Virus record (IMG/VR): IMGVR_UViG_3300025131_009739
Span: 64,001 to 128,000 of that record
From: a virus
Length of the DNA: 64,000 bases
Strand: one strand, 5' to 3'
The position numbers were made by a program, and so were the translations under genes. Shown one piece after another: positions 1-9,800 of this stretch (position 1 is the stretch's first letter; every line of letters starts with the position of its first letter). The notes under the pieces were generated by a model. That model was given only the letters and a program-made list of their open reading frames with translations, had not been told where the DNA came from and searched no databases.

Positions 1-320
1 ATGTATTCTGGTTCAATTCCTACTACATCTAAACATATGTAAGATACTATACCATTAAACTTCGCTAATGTCAATAAAGTTTTTGCTGAAGAAAAACCAG
101 GTCTAAAAGCTTGCAGAGACTGTTCAACAAAAATATGTTCGATGCGAAATTTGATAGTTAAATCTAATAATTTGCTTTTAACAAATTCTGCTTTTGTATA
201 CGGACTTGGAAAACGGTTTTTGTTTCTCATATCCCAAGCTTCACAATATAATACTTTGCCAGTAACATCAAGAATAGTCACACCAGTTATTGATGTTGAA
301 ATGTCTAAGCCTAAGATCAC
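1..320 (-). CDS. ruvC: RuvC-like Holliday junction resolvase (partial, runs off left edge; not in the ORF track)
   Basis: Manual minus-strand translation from GTG at 320 gives MILGLDISTSITGVTILD...IEHIFVEQSLQAFRPGFSSAKTLLTLAKFNGIVSY. The ILGLDxS first acidic motif, the second acidic residue in IFVE and the LAxxxG helix are RuvC/RNase H-fold hallmarks. The frame is open to position 1. Confidence 0.85.
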   Translation of the reverse strand, partial: MILGLDISTSITGVTILDVTGKVLYCEAWDMRNKNRFPSPYTKAEFVKSKLLDLTIKFRIEHIFVEQSLQAFRPGFSSAKTLLTLAKFNGIVSYICLDVVGIEPEY

Positions 321-326
321 AATTAC

Positions 327-335
327 ATTATATCA
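327..335 (-). promoter_or_regulatory. Putative extended -10 promoter (TGaTATAAT) for a leaderless ruvC-like transcript
   Basis: The minus strand reads TGATATAAT-GTAATT-GTG: a consensus TGn-TATAAT 6 nt before the start codon, with no room for a Shine-Dalgarno. The TGA is also the stop codon of the upstream gene. Confidence 0.45.
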
Positions 336-1538
336 AAAATCTAACTTAAGCTTAAATGTAAATTCTCGATCTTCAGTTTTTTTAACTGGTGTTGCTAATT
401 TAGCAACACCTAAAAGATTTTTATCATCGTCGTAAAGCCCAATTTGAGAAATATATGTTTGTTTCTTAAAACTAGCGCTGTGATGTGAGTGAGAACTAGT
501 GACTATATTTTTTATTAGCATTTTATCACTCTCAAAGTAACTTGTCATACTAGCTGTAATGTCCGTAGATTCAGGTCCGGACCCAGATTTTCTATATGTT
601 GGATTACTTGAATGATTTAAAAGGCCTTTTGGAGCATGAGCTAACATTGTTAATGTCGGAACATAATTTACCCCTTCAAATTCCATAGAATAACTGGAAG
701 AGAACGCATCACCAGTGTCGTATGTAGGGTCATTAGCTCCGTTCGCGAAGAAATACCATGCTGGGGCCTGTGAGGCGCCGGTGGTTCCGTTGTGATATAC
801 ATCTGTAAAGGCGCCTTCGTGTAAGTCCCATGACCCAGTTAAAATAAGAAACCCTTCATTGTATAATACAACTCCAGCTACATTACCAGTAGCATGAACC
901 GAACTGGTAACTTCGATTAATTCTCCATTTTTACCTATATCATGCAACTCTGCCAATAAAGTTCCACTTACATAATATTTTAAACGAACAGACCCTTTTC
1001 TTATGGAAGATCCATAAAAAATAGAAGGAATACTTATTAAACTTAATCTTTGTGAATTTTTTTCACATCCTGGAACATTAGATGATGAATATGCATAATG
1101 AGGACTATTAACTGTGTAATAATCTAAAGTAATACGAAGAGCGTCAATATAGTCTCTTGGATTAGCCAGAGCAGAATGTGAAAATGATATAGAAGCAGAT
1201 AAAGGATAAGAGCCCTGTATCTCATCTCCGTATGAAAAGTCAGTATTAAAGTCGCTAGTTGCAGCTGTTCTGAACGATGTTAAACTTCCCTGTTTTGTTA
1301 TAAAAGGATATATTAGCTGGTCAGATGACCTATCAACATTTAGCTCGTATAAACTAACATATCCATATGGAACGTGATTCAAAAAATCACTTGTAGCTGT
1401 GCGATTAGCGTCGGATCGCATAAATTTTGGATTGTTGTTGTAATAAACTTGGCCATCATAAATAACAAATTCATTTTTAGGATAAGTCTTTATCCTATTA
1501 TGAAATACATCCGTTGGTCCAAACTTATAGTATGGCAT
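333..1538 (-). CDS. Putative phage tail/baseplate-associated structural protein (paralogue of 1542..2741)
   Basis: 401 aa. It shares GxxxYxxGxxxL, N.S.NPTY and a C-terminal YIxxxGLYxxDxxLLxVAKLxxPxKK...KLDF motif with the next ORF. That motif resembles the C-terminal part of phage tail-collar/fibre-attachment domains. It lies in a structural gene context. Confidence 0.6.
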   Translation of the reverse strand: MPYYKFGPTDVFHNRIKTYPKNEFVIYDGQVYYNNNPKFMRSDANRTATSDFLNHVPYGYVSLYELNVDRSSDQLIYPFITKQGSLTSFRTAATSDFNTDFSYGDEIQGSYPLSASISFSHSALANPRDYIDALRITLDYYTVNSPHYAYSSSNVPGCEKNSQRLSLISIPSIFYGSSIRKGSVRLKYYVSGTLLAELHDIGKNGELIEVTSSVHATGNVAGVVLYNEGFLILTGSWDLHEGAFTDVYHNGTTGASQAPAWYFFANGANDPTYDTGDAFSSSYSMEFEGVNYVPTLTMLAHAPKGLLNHSSNPTYRKSGSGPESTDITASMTSYFESDKMLIKNIVTSSHSHHSASFKKQTYISQIGLYDDDKNLLGVAKLATPVKKTEDREFTFKLKLDF

Positions 1539-1541
1539 TTT

Positions 1542-2741
1542 TTAATAATCCAGACGCACCCTCATTGTCAGCTCTGTATCGGGCGTTTTTTTCAGAGGCT
1601 CAGAGAGCTTGGCAACTGCTAACAGTTCATTATCAGCAGAATATAGTCCAACTGTAGTAATATATGACACAGGCTGATCTAATGAAGTGTTTTTAACTTG
1701 AATTTTACTAGCGCTCAGATAAGTTGGATTTGCGCTATAATTAAACTCATTATGATTTGCTCTACAGAAATAAATTGTTGAATTTAATTCTGTTGTGTTA
1801 TTAAAAGAAATACTTTGAATTCTGTTTCTTATCGCATCTGCAGAGGCTGAAATTGCGGATCCTGTCAACACTGCTCCGAAGGTAGCGATTCCGCCATTAT
1901 TTGGATTGTGAGGAAGATGGACTGGATAATCTGCTCGCGAGGCTGTAACATGATTGAGAAAATGATCAGAAGCAGAAAGAACAATTATACCAGCTTGATA
2001 AAAGATGAGACCAGAAACACCAGAGCCTCCGACGCCCGGGCCTGCGATGGGGACCGCAGATAGGTCCGAAACTCCAGCAATTACAGATGCCGACAACACA
2101 CCATATTCTCCAGCTGGTGAATCAGTATAATATGATCCGGTACCCTGATCGTCGTGAATTTTGGTAATGTAGCTCCAAACCTTCGGTTCGGCGGAGTCGG
2201 GACTTGCAAGAGAACCAGTGCCCATATAAAGACTAAAGGAGCCTTTTTTAATTTCATCTTTTACTAATAAACGCGAGAAACTAATAAAATAACCTTGAAG
2301 AATTTCATCTCCACCTGGAATTTTAAACTTCTTGATTGTTCCATCAGTGTTGTGACCCATAAGAATCTGAGCCATTTGATTGTAAATATTTAATTTATCA
2401 CTATTTTGATAGTTATTAAGTCCACTTAGATCTGGTCCGCCCCAAATATGTGTTTTCCCATCATGGTGAGCAGCGCCGGTAGCGTGCCATCTAGAACTGG
2501 AATGGTATCCGCAAGTGATGTCAAAAATGTGATTCGCAGATGAACTCAGATATGGATAATCATAAACAGATTGAAACATTCCGTGAGAATAATTTTTGAT
2601 ATTATTTTCGCTTCCAAGTTCAATGGTGGAAGCACCATATGTACCAGAAACAATTGTCCCTGTTATAGGAATCGCTTCATGAAGCAGCGTTCTAGTTGTT
2701 GTAACATCATTATTTGCATAAGTTTTAAATGTTGTAGCCAT
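1542..2741 (-). CDS. Putative phage tail/baseplate-associated structural protein (paralogue of 333..1538)
   Basis: 399 aa. The C-terminus is NYSANPTY...SYITTVGLYSADNELLAVAKLSEPLKKTPDTELTMRVRLDY. The protein is Ser/Thr/Gly-rich. Confidence 0.6.
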   Translation of the reverse strand: MATTFKTYANNDVTTTRTLLHEAIPITGTIVSGTYGASTIELGSENNIKNYSHGMFQSVYDYPYLSSSANHIFDITCGYHSSSRWHATGAAHHDGKTHIWGGPDLSGLNNYQNSDKLNIYNQMAQILMGHNTDGTIKKFKIPGGDEILQGYFISFSRLLVKDEIKKGSFSLYMGTGSLASPDSAEPKVWSYITKIHDDQGTGSYYTDSPAGEYGVLSASVIAGVSDLSAVPIAGPGVGGSGVSGLIFYQAGIIVLSASDHFLNHVTASRADYPVHLPHNPNNGGIATFGAVLTGSAISASADAIRNRIQSISFNNTTELNSTIYFCRANHNEFNYSANPTYLSASKIQVKNTSLDQPVSYITTVGLYSADNELLAVAKLSEPLKKTPDTELTMRVRLDY

Positions 2742-2755
2742 ATTTTTTACCTTTT

Positions 2756-3799
2756 TTAATCTACTCGTTTAACAAATCTAAATGGAATATCTATTCTATA
2801 CCCAGTTGTAGCGCCAGTGATTCGAATTGTTGTATCAATATAATGTACTGTTGCGTTCCCGGCTCCGCCGTTACTAGTGGTCGGCAGCGCCCAAGAGGCA
2901 TAATTAGTTGTGCCCAGTCTCTGAAATAAGAAATTGCTTGTTTGCAACTCTGTTGAAGCAGCAATTTTAAATCTCAACGTTGTTCCTCGCGGACCTTTTA
3001 ATTGGCTGTTTTCTCGGGATGTTGTAGCGAGGTCTGTCCAACTAGTAATATCTTTAACAAAGCCCGGATCCGTTCCCAACGACACAAAATAACTAGCAAT
3101 ATTATCGTCATCAATAAAAGAGACTGCAGCGGGAGAGCCAGTTGTGCCCGCCATTTTACCCAAGGAACCGGGCGCAACAATTGTTCCTAATCTATTATCC
3201 ATCTCAATTATATATTGAGTTTCAATTAAGTCACTCGATAATCTATGTTTTGGGTGAATTTCATCAGTGTTTAATCCTTGGTCTAAACGAACATATACTT
3301 CTTCAAACTTACCCGGCTCGAAGCCATTCATAGTGCCATCCGGATCTTTATCGACAGAATCGGGAATAAGTCCGGGGTTTGTTTGATCGGCTTGTGGGTT
3401 CAATGTTGTTCTAGATGTTCTTTCATCAACAGTAACAACGTAGTGTGTGCCATCAGCTTTTCCAAAACTATTATTAAGGCGTCGACGCGTGTTTGATTGG
3501 TTCAAAAGAATGACCGGAAGATATAAAAGATTTGTTCTAGGGATTGAAAGTAATTTACTTTTCATCATAGATGTGTTGTTTGTAAACGCTTCTAAAACGG
3601 GAGTTTGCAAAACAGTCAAATCATAATAAGCGCTTCCGGATGCATGGTTTTTATTGTAATTATTATAATTAATCTCATCATCGCCTAAAGCAAATTTTGC
3701 AATTTTAAAAGTACCATCTCCTTTCGCAAGCCTCATTCTACCTGTATCGGTTAATACAGCGTCTAAAATAATATCGCCGCTATTGTCAAGAAAAGCCAT
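2756..3799 (-). CDS. Putative phage structural protein
   Basis: 347 aa. The N-terminal DAVLTDTGRMRLAKGDGTFKIAKFALGDDEINY resembles the LTxxGrxxLa...itkfalGD start of tail-collar/baseplate proteins. An SD (AAAGGAG) lies upstream. Confidence 0.55.
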   Translation of the reverse strand: MAFLDNSGDIILDAVLTDTGRMRLAKGDGTFKIAKFALGDDEINYNNYNKNHASGSAYYDLTVLQTPVLEAFTNNTSMMKSKLLSIPRTNLLYLPVILLNQSNTRRRLNNSFGKADGTHYVVTVDERTSRTTLNPQADQTNPGLIPDSVDKDPDGTMNGFEPGKFEEVYVRLDQGLNTDEIHPKHRLSSDLIETQYIIEMDNRLGTIVAPGSLGKMAGTTGSPAAVSFIDDDNIASYFVSLGTDPGFVKDITSWTDLATTSRENSQLKGPRGTTLRFKIAASTELQTSNFLFQRLGTTNYASWALPTTSNGGAGNATVHYIDTTIRITGATTGYRIDIPFRFVKRVD

Positions 3800-3820
3800 A
3801 GATTTACTCCTTTTTATATT

Positions 3821-3827
3821 ATAAGTA
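3821..3827 (-). promoter_or_regulatory. Candidate phage late-promoter motif TAnTTAT (TACTTAT)
   Basis: 21 nt upstream of ATG 3799. The same motif recurs in most intergenic gaps before structural genes. Confidence 0.5.
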
Positions 3828-3865
3828 GTTCTTTTTTTATAAAAAAGTTAATTTTAAATATCTCT

Positions 3866-6850
3866 TTAAGCAACCGTAGTCCCAGAATCAGAATCCCTAA
3901 TATCTTCTTTCTTTTTTACTTCTATGTTCATATGTTTGGTTTCAAAAACAACATTAACATCAATTTTTCTACCAGTCTTTTTTGAAATAAGTCTAATTTT
4001 AAAATATTTTTCTGGACCTCGATTAAAAATAGACTCTTCAGCTAAACCAAGTTCCGGAGTAAGGTTGACGGCTGTGGTACCAACCTCACTTTCATCAAAC
4101 TCTATACCTGTTTTAGTTTCATCAATAAATCTTTGTTCCGGCTGTGGAATGACTGAAATATATCTTCTCATAACTTTTGTACTTTTGGGCTTCTTTTTCT
4201 TCATTTCAAAAATATCGATTAACAAATAAACAGCGCCGCTATTATCGACTAATTCTACTTTATAAACTTCGCTAGGGTTAGAAACATGGCCATGTACATC
4301 TTTAACTCTAAAAGTATAATAATATTTTGTATTTGGGATAAGATTATCAACAAGGGAAAAAGAAGAAAAACCTTCTACACCGTGTTCTCTCATGGTGCCT
4401 TTAAAATCTTGATAACTGGCGGGCTCAATGGTGGTCCTAAACACTTGAAAAGTTTGCGGAGGATCCTCACTTTGAAATTCTATTATAGATCCTTGTGGAA
4501 GCTCTTGTGCCTCATATATCTCTTTCAAAGATTCAGCATCTCCATTTTCAGTTTCGATAATAATTGGTTCCTGCTTAACCTCTCCTGTATTGCTACTTAA
4601 ATTAATTAAAACTTTATTGTTTACATTTTTATATGGAAGAATGTTTATATTTGGCGGGATTGGGGGGCTATCCATCATTCTAGTTGCACAAGAAAAATAT
4701 GGTACTTCTACCACTTTGACATTTGGCCTAGAAATAATATCAACCTCAAAATCATAAGTTGCGGTGTCATTAGAATATTTTTTAATCACCTTTTCGAAGC
4801 GTTTCTTGATCTCCTCTTCGCCCGCCATGGCGGCGGTGGCGAGGTTCCCCATGTTCGCCAAATATTTTCGATCTATTTTATACTCATATTCTGTTCCAAA
4901 AATTACTCTCCAAGCATATATTCGATAATGATATCTTTCACCATATCTCATTTGAGTATCAATATGTTTTAATACATCGAGCTTTCTAGTGTTTGAATAA
5001 TAATAATTTTGTATTACTTCAACAGGAGTGCCGGCTGCGTTGCAACGCCATTTTGCAACTCTATATGCAATTGTTTCTGAGGGCGCGGTTTTGCCTGATA
5101 AAATTTGTCTAAAACTTCTTGTTTTATCTTTGACTAAATTCATAAATCTAGCCTGAAAAATTGTCATGAGAAGATTTTTTAAAAATTTACTCTGTCCTCC
5201 ATCGTCTTCAGACTCATGAAGCATATTATAATATTCGGAATCAAGTTCTGCTAAAACAGTAAAATCTTCTCCAGTTTTGTTAGCAAAAATCTCGGCTCCT
5301 TTATCTGCAAACTGATCAGTCCAGTTCCAGAAGCTATCATCATAAAAGGAAAAACTACTTCTACCATCAATTACTTCTTCAAAATCTGTACTGGCTTTTT
5401 TAACCTCACGAAATCCTCGCGCTGAGCCCCAACCAGATCTTGCAGCATTTTTTTCAACTGTAAATATTTCATCGCCGGAGTCTGCAGCAACATTTGATTT
5501 AAATTTAAGTCTATTTTTCATGCCATCAGCAAAATTTCCCTGTCCTCCTTCAATCATAGTTTTTAAAATTGCACCATCTAATTTAGCGTCTACTAATAAA
5601 TCCGCTAAAGAAGTATTTGTATCAGTAGAAAATTCCAATTCAAAAAACATAGGAAACATAAAACGTTTATAATGATATTCAACCATTCTTTTATTCATTT
5701 CATAAGGAGCAAGAATGTTGGCATGTTTATTTCTCATAGTACTGAAGACCTGGCGATCAACTCCACCATAGACAGCAATTTTACTGTTATAAACTCTGGA
5801 CCATTTTTCAAAATACTGCCCTTTACTTTTTTCTCCTATTTTTTCTCCCTTCTCGTTTAACGCATCTTTAAACATGTCTGGAAGCTGATTCTTCAATGTT
5901 ACAAATTTATGAAATTCAGTAAATTGTTGTTTTCCTGGTATGCGATCCGGGGAGATTTCTTCCATCAAAAACACATTCATATTTGGCAACAGCACAGTGT
6001 CGTCGAGTCGCTCTCCCGGGAGCCTCCAGTCTAAATTCTCATAATCTTTAACATAAAAATTGTAATCAGATTTGCATTTATAATAAAGAGGCTTATTCAT
6101 ATATGATGTTGCCTCCAGTTCTTTAAAAGAGAATGGTTTATAATAAATTGTTGTGTAATCAATATGTCTTTTTCCAGTCGTTTTATAATAAACGTCCTTG
6201 TTGTAAACAAACTTTAATTCATTAAAATATATCCTTTTCGCGAAGGCGGCGAGCAGAGATAAATTCTCCCCTTTCAGGTGTTTATCGGCCCCGCGAGGGG
6301 TTCTGATGGTAATTTTCTCTCTTCTTTCGGGTATGTTTCGTTCATTCCCTTTGTCCGCGGACCCTCTCTCCGCCATATACCACTTTTCAACGGACGTAAC
6401 GTCTTGATGGGTTATTCTAGGATAAACAACAGTATTGTTACTAATGCCGTTGACGTTCGCGTCCGTCTCTTGAAAAAAGTTTGGACTAAGCCCACCGTCC
6501 GAGGCGTCAATAGCCCAATAAGCGCCGATGGCTGCGCGGACTTCATCTTCAGGTTTCCAGTTAAGAAGTCTGTTTGTCCAAAAATGAGAGTAGTCGCCAG
6601 ACCAGTCTTCAGTATGAGTAAGAAGTTCTTTGTTAAAGGCCTCCATTGATTTCTGTTTAACATAATAAGCTGGGCCTTTTTCTAGGCCGGCTGTAGAGCG
6701 ATCACGGTAAAAACGAGGGGCGTCATCAAAAAGGTAAACCTTTCTTGGGGAAGAGAGGTTTTCTCCAGCTACTTTGTCCCCATCGTCGAAATCGCTTTCC
6801 GGAGCAGTTACAGCTTCTTGGCCACTTGTATTGTTACTTGTTGGTGCCAT
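3866..6850 (-). CDS. Large hypothetical virion protein with C-terminal fibronectin type III-like segment
   Basis: 994 aa. The segment FQVFR...SFSLVDNLIPNTKYYYTFRVKDVHGHVSNPSEV is a typical FN3 beta-sandwich pattern. A second Y.YRIYAW-type strand occurs earlier. Confidence 0.5.
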   Translation of the reverse strand: MAPTSNNTSGQEAVTAPESDFDDGDKVAGENLSSPRKVYLFDDAPRFYRDRSTAGLEKGPAYYVKQKSMEAFNKELLTHTEDWSGDYSHFWTNRLLNWKPEDEVRAAIGAYWAIDASDGGLSPNFFQETDANVNGISNNTVVYPRITHQDVTSVEKWYMAERGSADKGNERNIPERREKITIRTPRGADKHLKGENLSLLAAFAKRIYFNELKFVYNKDVYYKTTGKRHIDYTTIYYKPFSFKELEATSYMNKPLYYKCKSDYNFYVKDYENLDWRLPGERLDDTVLLPNMNVFLMEEISPDRIPGKQQFTEFHKFVTLKNQLPDMFKDALNEKGEKIGEKSKGQYFEKWSRVYNSKIAVYGGVDRQVFSTMRNKHANILAPYEMNKRMVEYHYKRFMFPMFFELEFSTDTNTSLADLLVDAKLDGAILKTMIEGGQGNFADGMKNRLKFKSNVAADSGDEIFTVEKNAARSGWGSARGFREVKKASTDFEEVIDGRSSFSFYDDSFWNWTDQFADKGAEIFANKTGEDFTVLAELDSEYYNMLHESEDDGGQSKFLKNLLMTIFQARFMNLVKDKTRSFRQILSGKTAPSETIAYRVAKWRCNAAGTPVEVIQNYYYSNTRKLDVLKHIDTQMRYGERYHYRIYAWRVIFGTEYEYKIDRKYLANMGNLATAAMAGEEEIKKRFEKVIKKYSNDTATYDFEVDIISRPNVKVVEVPYFSCATRMMDSPPIPPNINILPYKNVNNKVLINLSSNTGEVKQEPIIIETENGDAESLKEIYEAQELPQGSIIEFQSEDPPQTFQVFRTTIEPASYQDFKGTMREHGVEGFSSFSLVDNLIPNTKYYYTFRVKDVHGHVSNPSEVYKVELVDNSGAVYLLIDIFEMKKKKPKSTKVMRRYISVIPQPEQRFIDETKTGIEFDESEVGTTAVNLTPELGLAEESIFNRGPEKYFKIRLISKKTGRKIDVNVVFETKHMNIEVKKKEDIRDSDSGTTVA

Positions 6851-6866
6851 TTTGTTTCTCTTTATT

Positions 6867-6873
6867 ATAACTA
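6867..6873 (-). promoter_or_regulatory. Candidate late-promoter motif TAnTTAT (TAGTTAT)
   Basis: 16 nt upstream of ATG 6850, inside a 32-nt intergenic gap. Confidence 0.45.
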
Positions 6874-6882
6874 TTCATTTTA

Positions 6883-9800
6883 TTAATACATATCCCCTTT
6901 TGTCGGCTTTTTCTTACCAGGTTTGGTTTGTTTCTCTTTCGCCGAATCGAAAATGCCAGAAATATCAAAGCCGGTTTTCGGCGGAATGTACCCGGCGCCC
7001 ATCGCGCCGCCGATTTTGGGAGTTAAAATTGGGATAGTTGATTTCATCATTGTGTTGCTGAGACTCTTAAGTCCCGCCATTATTGGCTGGCCGAGGGTCG
7101 GTATTATTTTAGCAGAAGAAGGAAGAAACCCACCAGGCAATGTGCCTGGAGATAACCCAATTGCGGTCTCTGCGGCGGAGGTAACGGCGGCAGCAGTCGC
7201 TGCAGCGATCTGAATTTGGCCAGCAGTAGGAGCGCCCACTGCGGCAAGAACTGGCGCTGCAGCCTGAATTGCGGCCGCTGCAGCTGGAGATATCGGAGGT
7301 GGGTTCAGATTCAACGCGGCAGCAAAATTAATTTTCGGTTTCCCGGGTTTCATAAAAAAGTGTTTATTATATATTGGGAAATCAAACGCTTCAATCTCAG
7401 GTATATTTACTTGAGAATTGCTATGTCTTTTAACTCTACAAACAAGTCTGTTATCGCGATCATCCATCTTAAAACTACCTTCGTTAGAGTTAATCCTTTC
7501 CCACTGTTCCATTCCTATTTGTTGAAATAATGGATCACTCATTTGTGCTTCATTTTTTCCAGTGCCATCTACAATTCTGTACCCTGTTAACATCTCAACA
7601 CTGCAAAGGTTCATAAAATTCAAATAAAAGAACCCCAAACTGTCACTTTTTTTATTCGGATTAAAAACTTCACGTTCTAAATCAAGTGCTAAATCATGTT
7701 CTTCTTTAGGTTTCGATTTTTGTGTGCAAACGGCAATCATTGCTTTATATTGATTTGGATAATTTGATAAATCTCCAGCAACATCTAAATCGAAAACCCT
7801 TTGGACAGGACTATCAATATTAAAATGTGCATATGGATCAAACTTATAAGTTGGATGAGAAAAATAACTTGACAATTTAAGTAAAGCTTTATTAGGGTTT
7901 GTTAAATCATTTACATAAACTCCTTGAGGCGTATTTTTATTTACGCCATGCCCAGCCAGAGGTGCGACTAATGGAAGAGTGCTGAGAACACTAGTAAATT
8001 TTATTATATCTGTAAAAGGTGTTGTTTCTTGACAATAATCGGAGATTTGATCGTCTTCAACGTGAACATTAAAAGATTCCATGCTGCTGACAGTACAACT
8101 TTTACTAGCCATAAAATCAATCAGCCCGCCGCGTAGCCTCTGCATTGCATTTGCTTTTGGAACTAAATTCCTTCCTATGGAGTACGGATTCTTATCAATA
8201 TTCAAGCCATTGTTGTACCTTAAAGCTTCAATCAATATTTGATTATATCTGTGTGGTTCATAAAATTTATTAGCTTGTTTTAATGCTTCAGATAAAAGAT
8301 CGTAAACTACACCTTTTCTAGTGGATATTGACATTGGGCTAAAATAAGCAAACTTTAAAGGATCCAGCCCTAACCTTACGCCTCCTTGAAAATCTTTGTC
8401 TAAATGTAGTGTTCCGGTTTTTTTTCCAAAATACTTTCTCATTTCAAAATTGGATCGCTCTCTAAAATCCCCAGTATTAAGTAGCATAAGTCCAAATTCA
8501 TTTGTAGAAGGTTCAGAAGTGAGATAATCTACTCCAAAATATTTTGACGTATCACTATCAAAGATGTCTTCAAAATTAGAAAACTCTTTTATTACTTTAA
8601 ATGTTCTCGTTGCATCGACTTTAAGACTTTGTGGCTCTGAGCCGGGCCCGGAAGGGGCATCTTTTGTAACTGGTCCACTTATAGCAGAATCTAACATTCT
8701 TTCAACATTTATAGACAAATCAGAAACTAATTTCAAAAATGATCCAATTCCTTCAGGAGACCCAACAACAGGATCAACCATTTTAGCAATCTCCCTTATG
8801 AGGTTCTGTTGTGGGTGATCCTCTGCAGGGGCCGGGCCTGCTCCTTGGTATTGTGGTTGGAAGCCTTTTGTTAATAATTGAAAAATATCAACATATTGTG
8901 TAATTATATCCGTAAGAATGTTATTTTGCCCAGAATGTTTTTTAGCTGATTGAGCGACATTGTTCAATAAAGTATTTTCAGCTATTGATCCTTCAGAAAA
9001 CAATTGAAGTATATCGTCTAAAAATTCTGGAATAAAACTTTGTGCAACAAGACTATAATTAAGTTTGTATTTTCTACGACCAGCCTGGTTGAAACCGTGG
9101 GATTTCTCAACTGTTTCTGGAGAACTAATATTCTGTGAAACTGCAACGTTATAATACTTTTCAAATGTTGTCGTTATATTAACTAATTCTTGTAGTCTTT
9201 CTTCCATAAAATTTACAGTCGGATCTTCAATCTCAATTTCAACATCATATCGATAAAAACCATTTGTAATTTCTGACATCATATGATCAACTGCTGCAAA
9301 ATGTCTCATAAATGGGTAGTCTGATCTAAACTCCTGCGTCATTAAATTAACTTCTTGTACAGTTGCAGCGACTTCCTTAGAGCGATTGGTACCATATATA
9401 CCTGGATCGTCACCGACTTCAACAATTCTTTTCCCAGGCTGTAGCCTGGCGCTTCGGCCTCCAAATCCAGGACCAGACGAGAGTCCAATTTCATTATCTT
9501 TTGTGTGTACAAGCATCTCCGGAGGAATATTTCGATCAAACTCAACTGACCTTTTTGTCCCGAGCTTGTTAACGCTAGAGGCAGTTGAATCAACTCGATT
9601 GCGTAATATCTTGAACGAACGTATATAACTTTTTCGTAGTAACTGACTTATGAACGAAGGACTAGAATTTTCAAATAAAATAGGGAAAGCTGAATTTTTC
9701 TTTACCATGGTCAAATAATCTACGCTAAAGAAAAATCTACATTTTCCTTCGCGATCTTTAGATGTAAAAAGTTCAGAAAAATATGATGGCTTTCTTGATA

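Noticed and set aside
3828-3850. Near-palindrome CTTTTTTTATAAAAAAG as an intrinsic terminator
   Set aside because: The stem is almost entirely A/T and too weak to call.
7140-7320. Ala/Pro-rich GC-rich stretch as a tandem repeat or separate element
   Set aside because: There is no regular repeat unit. It is explained as a low-complexity linker in the ~1320-aa protein.
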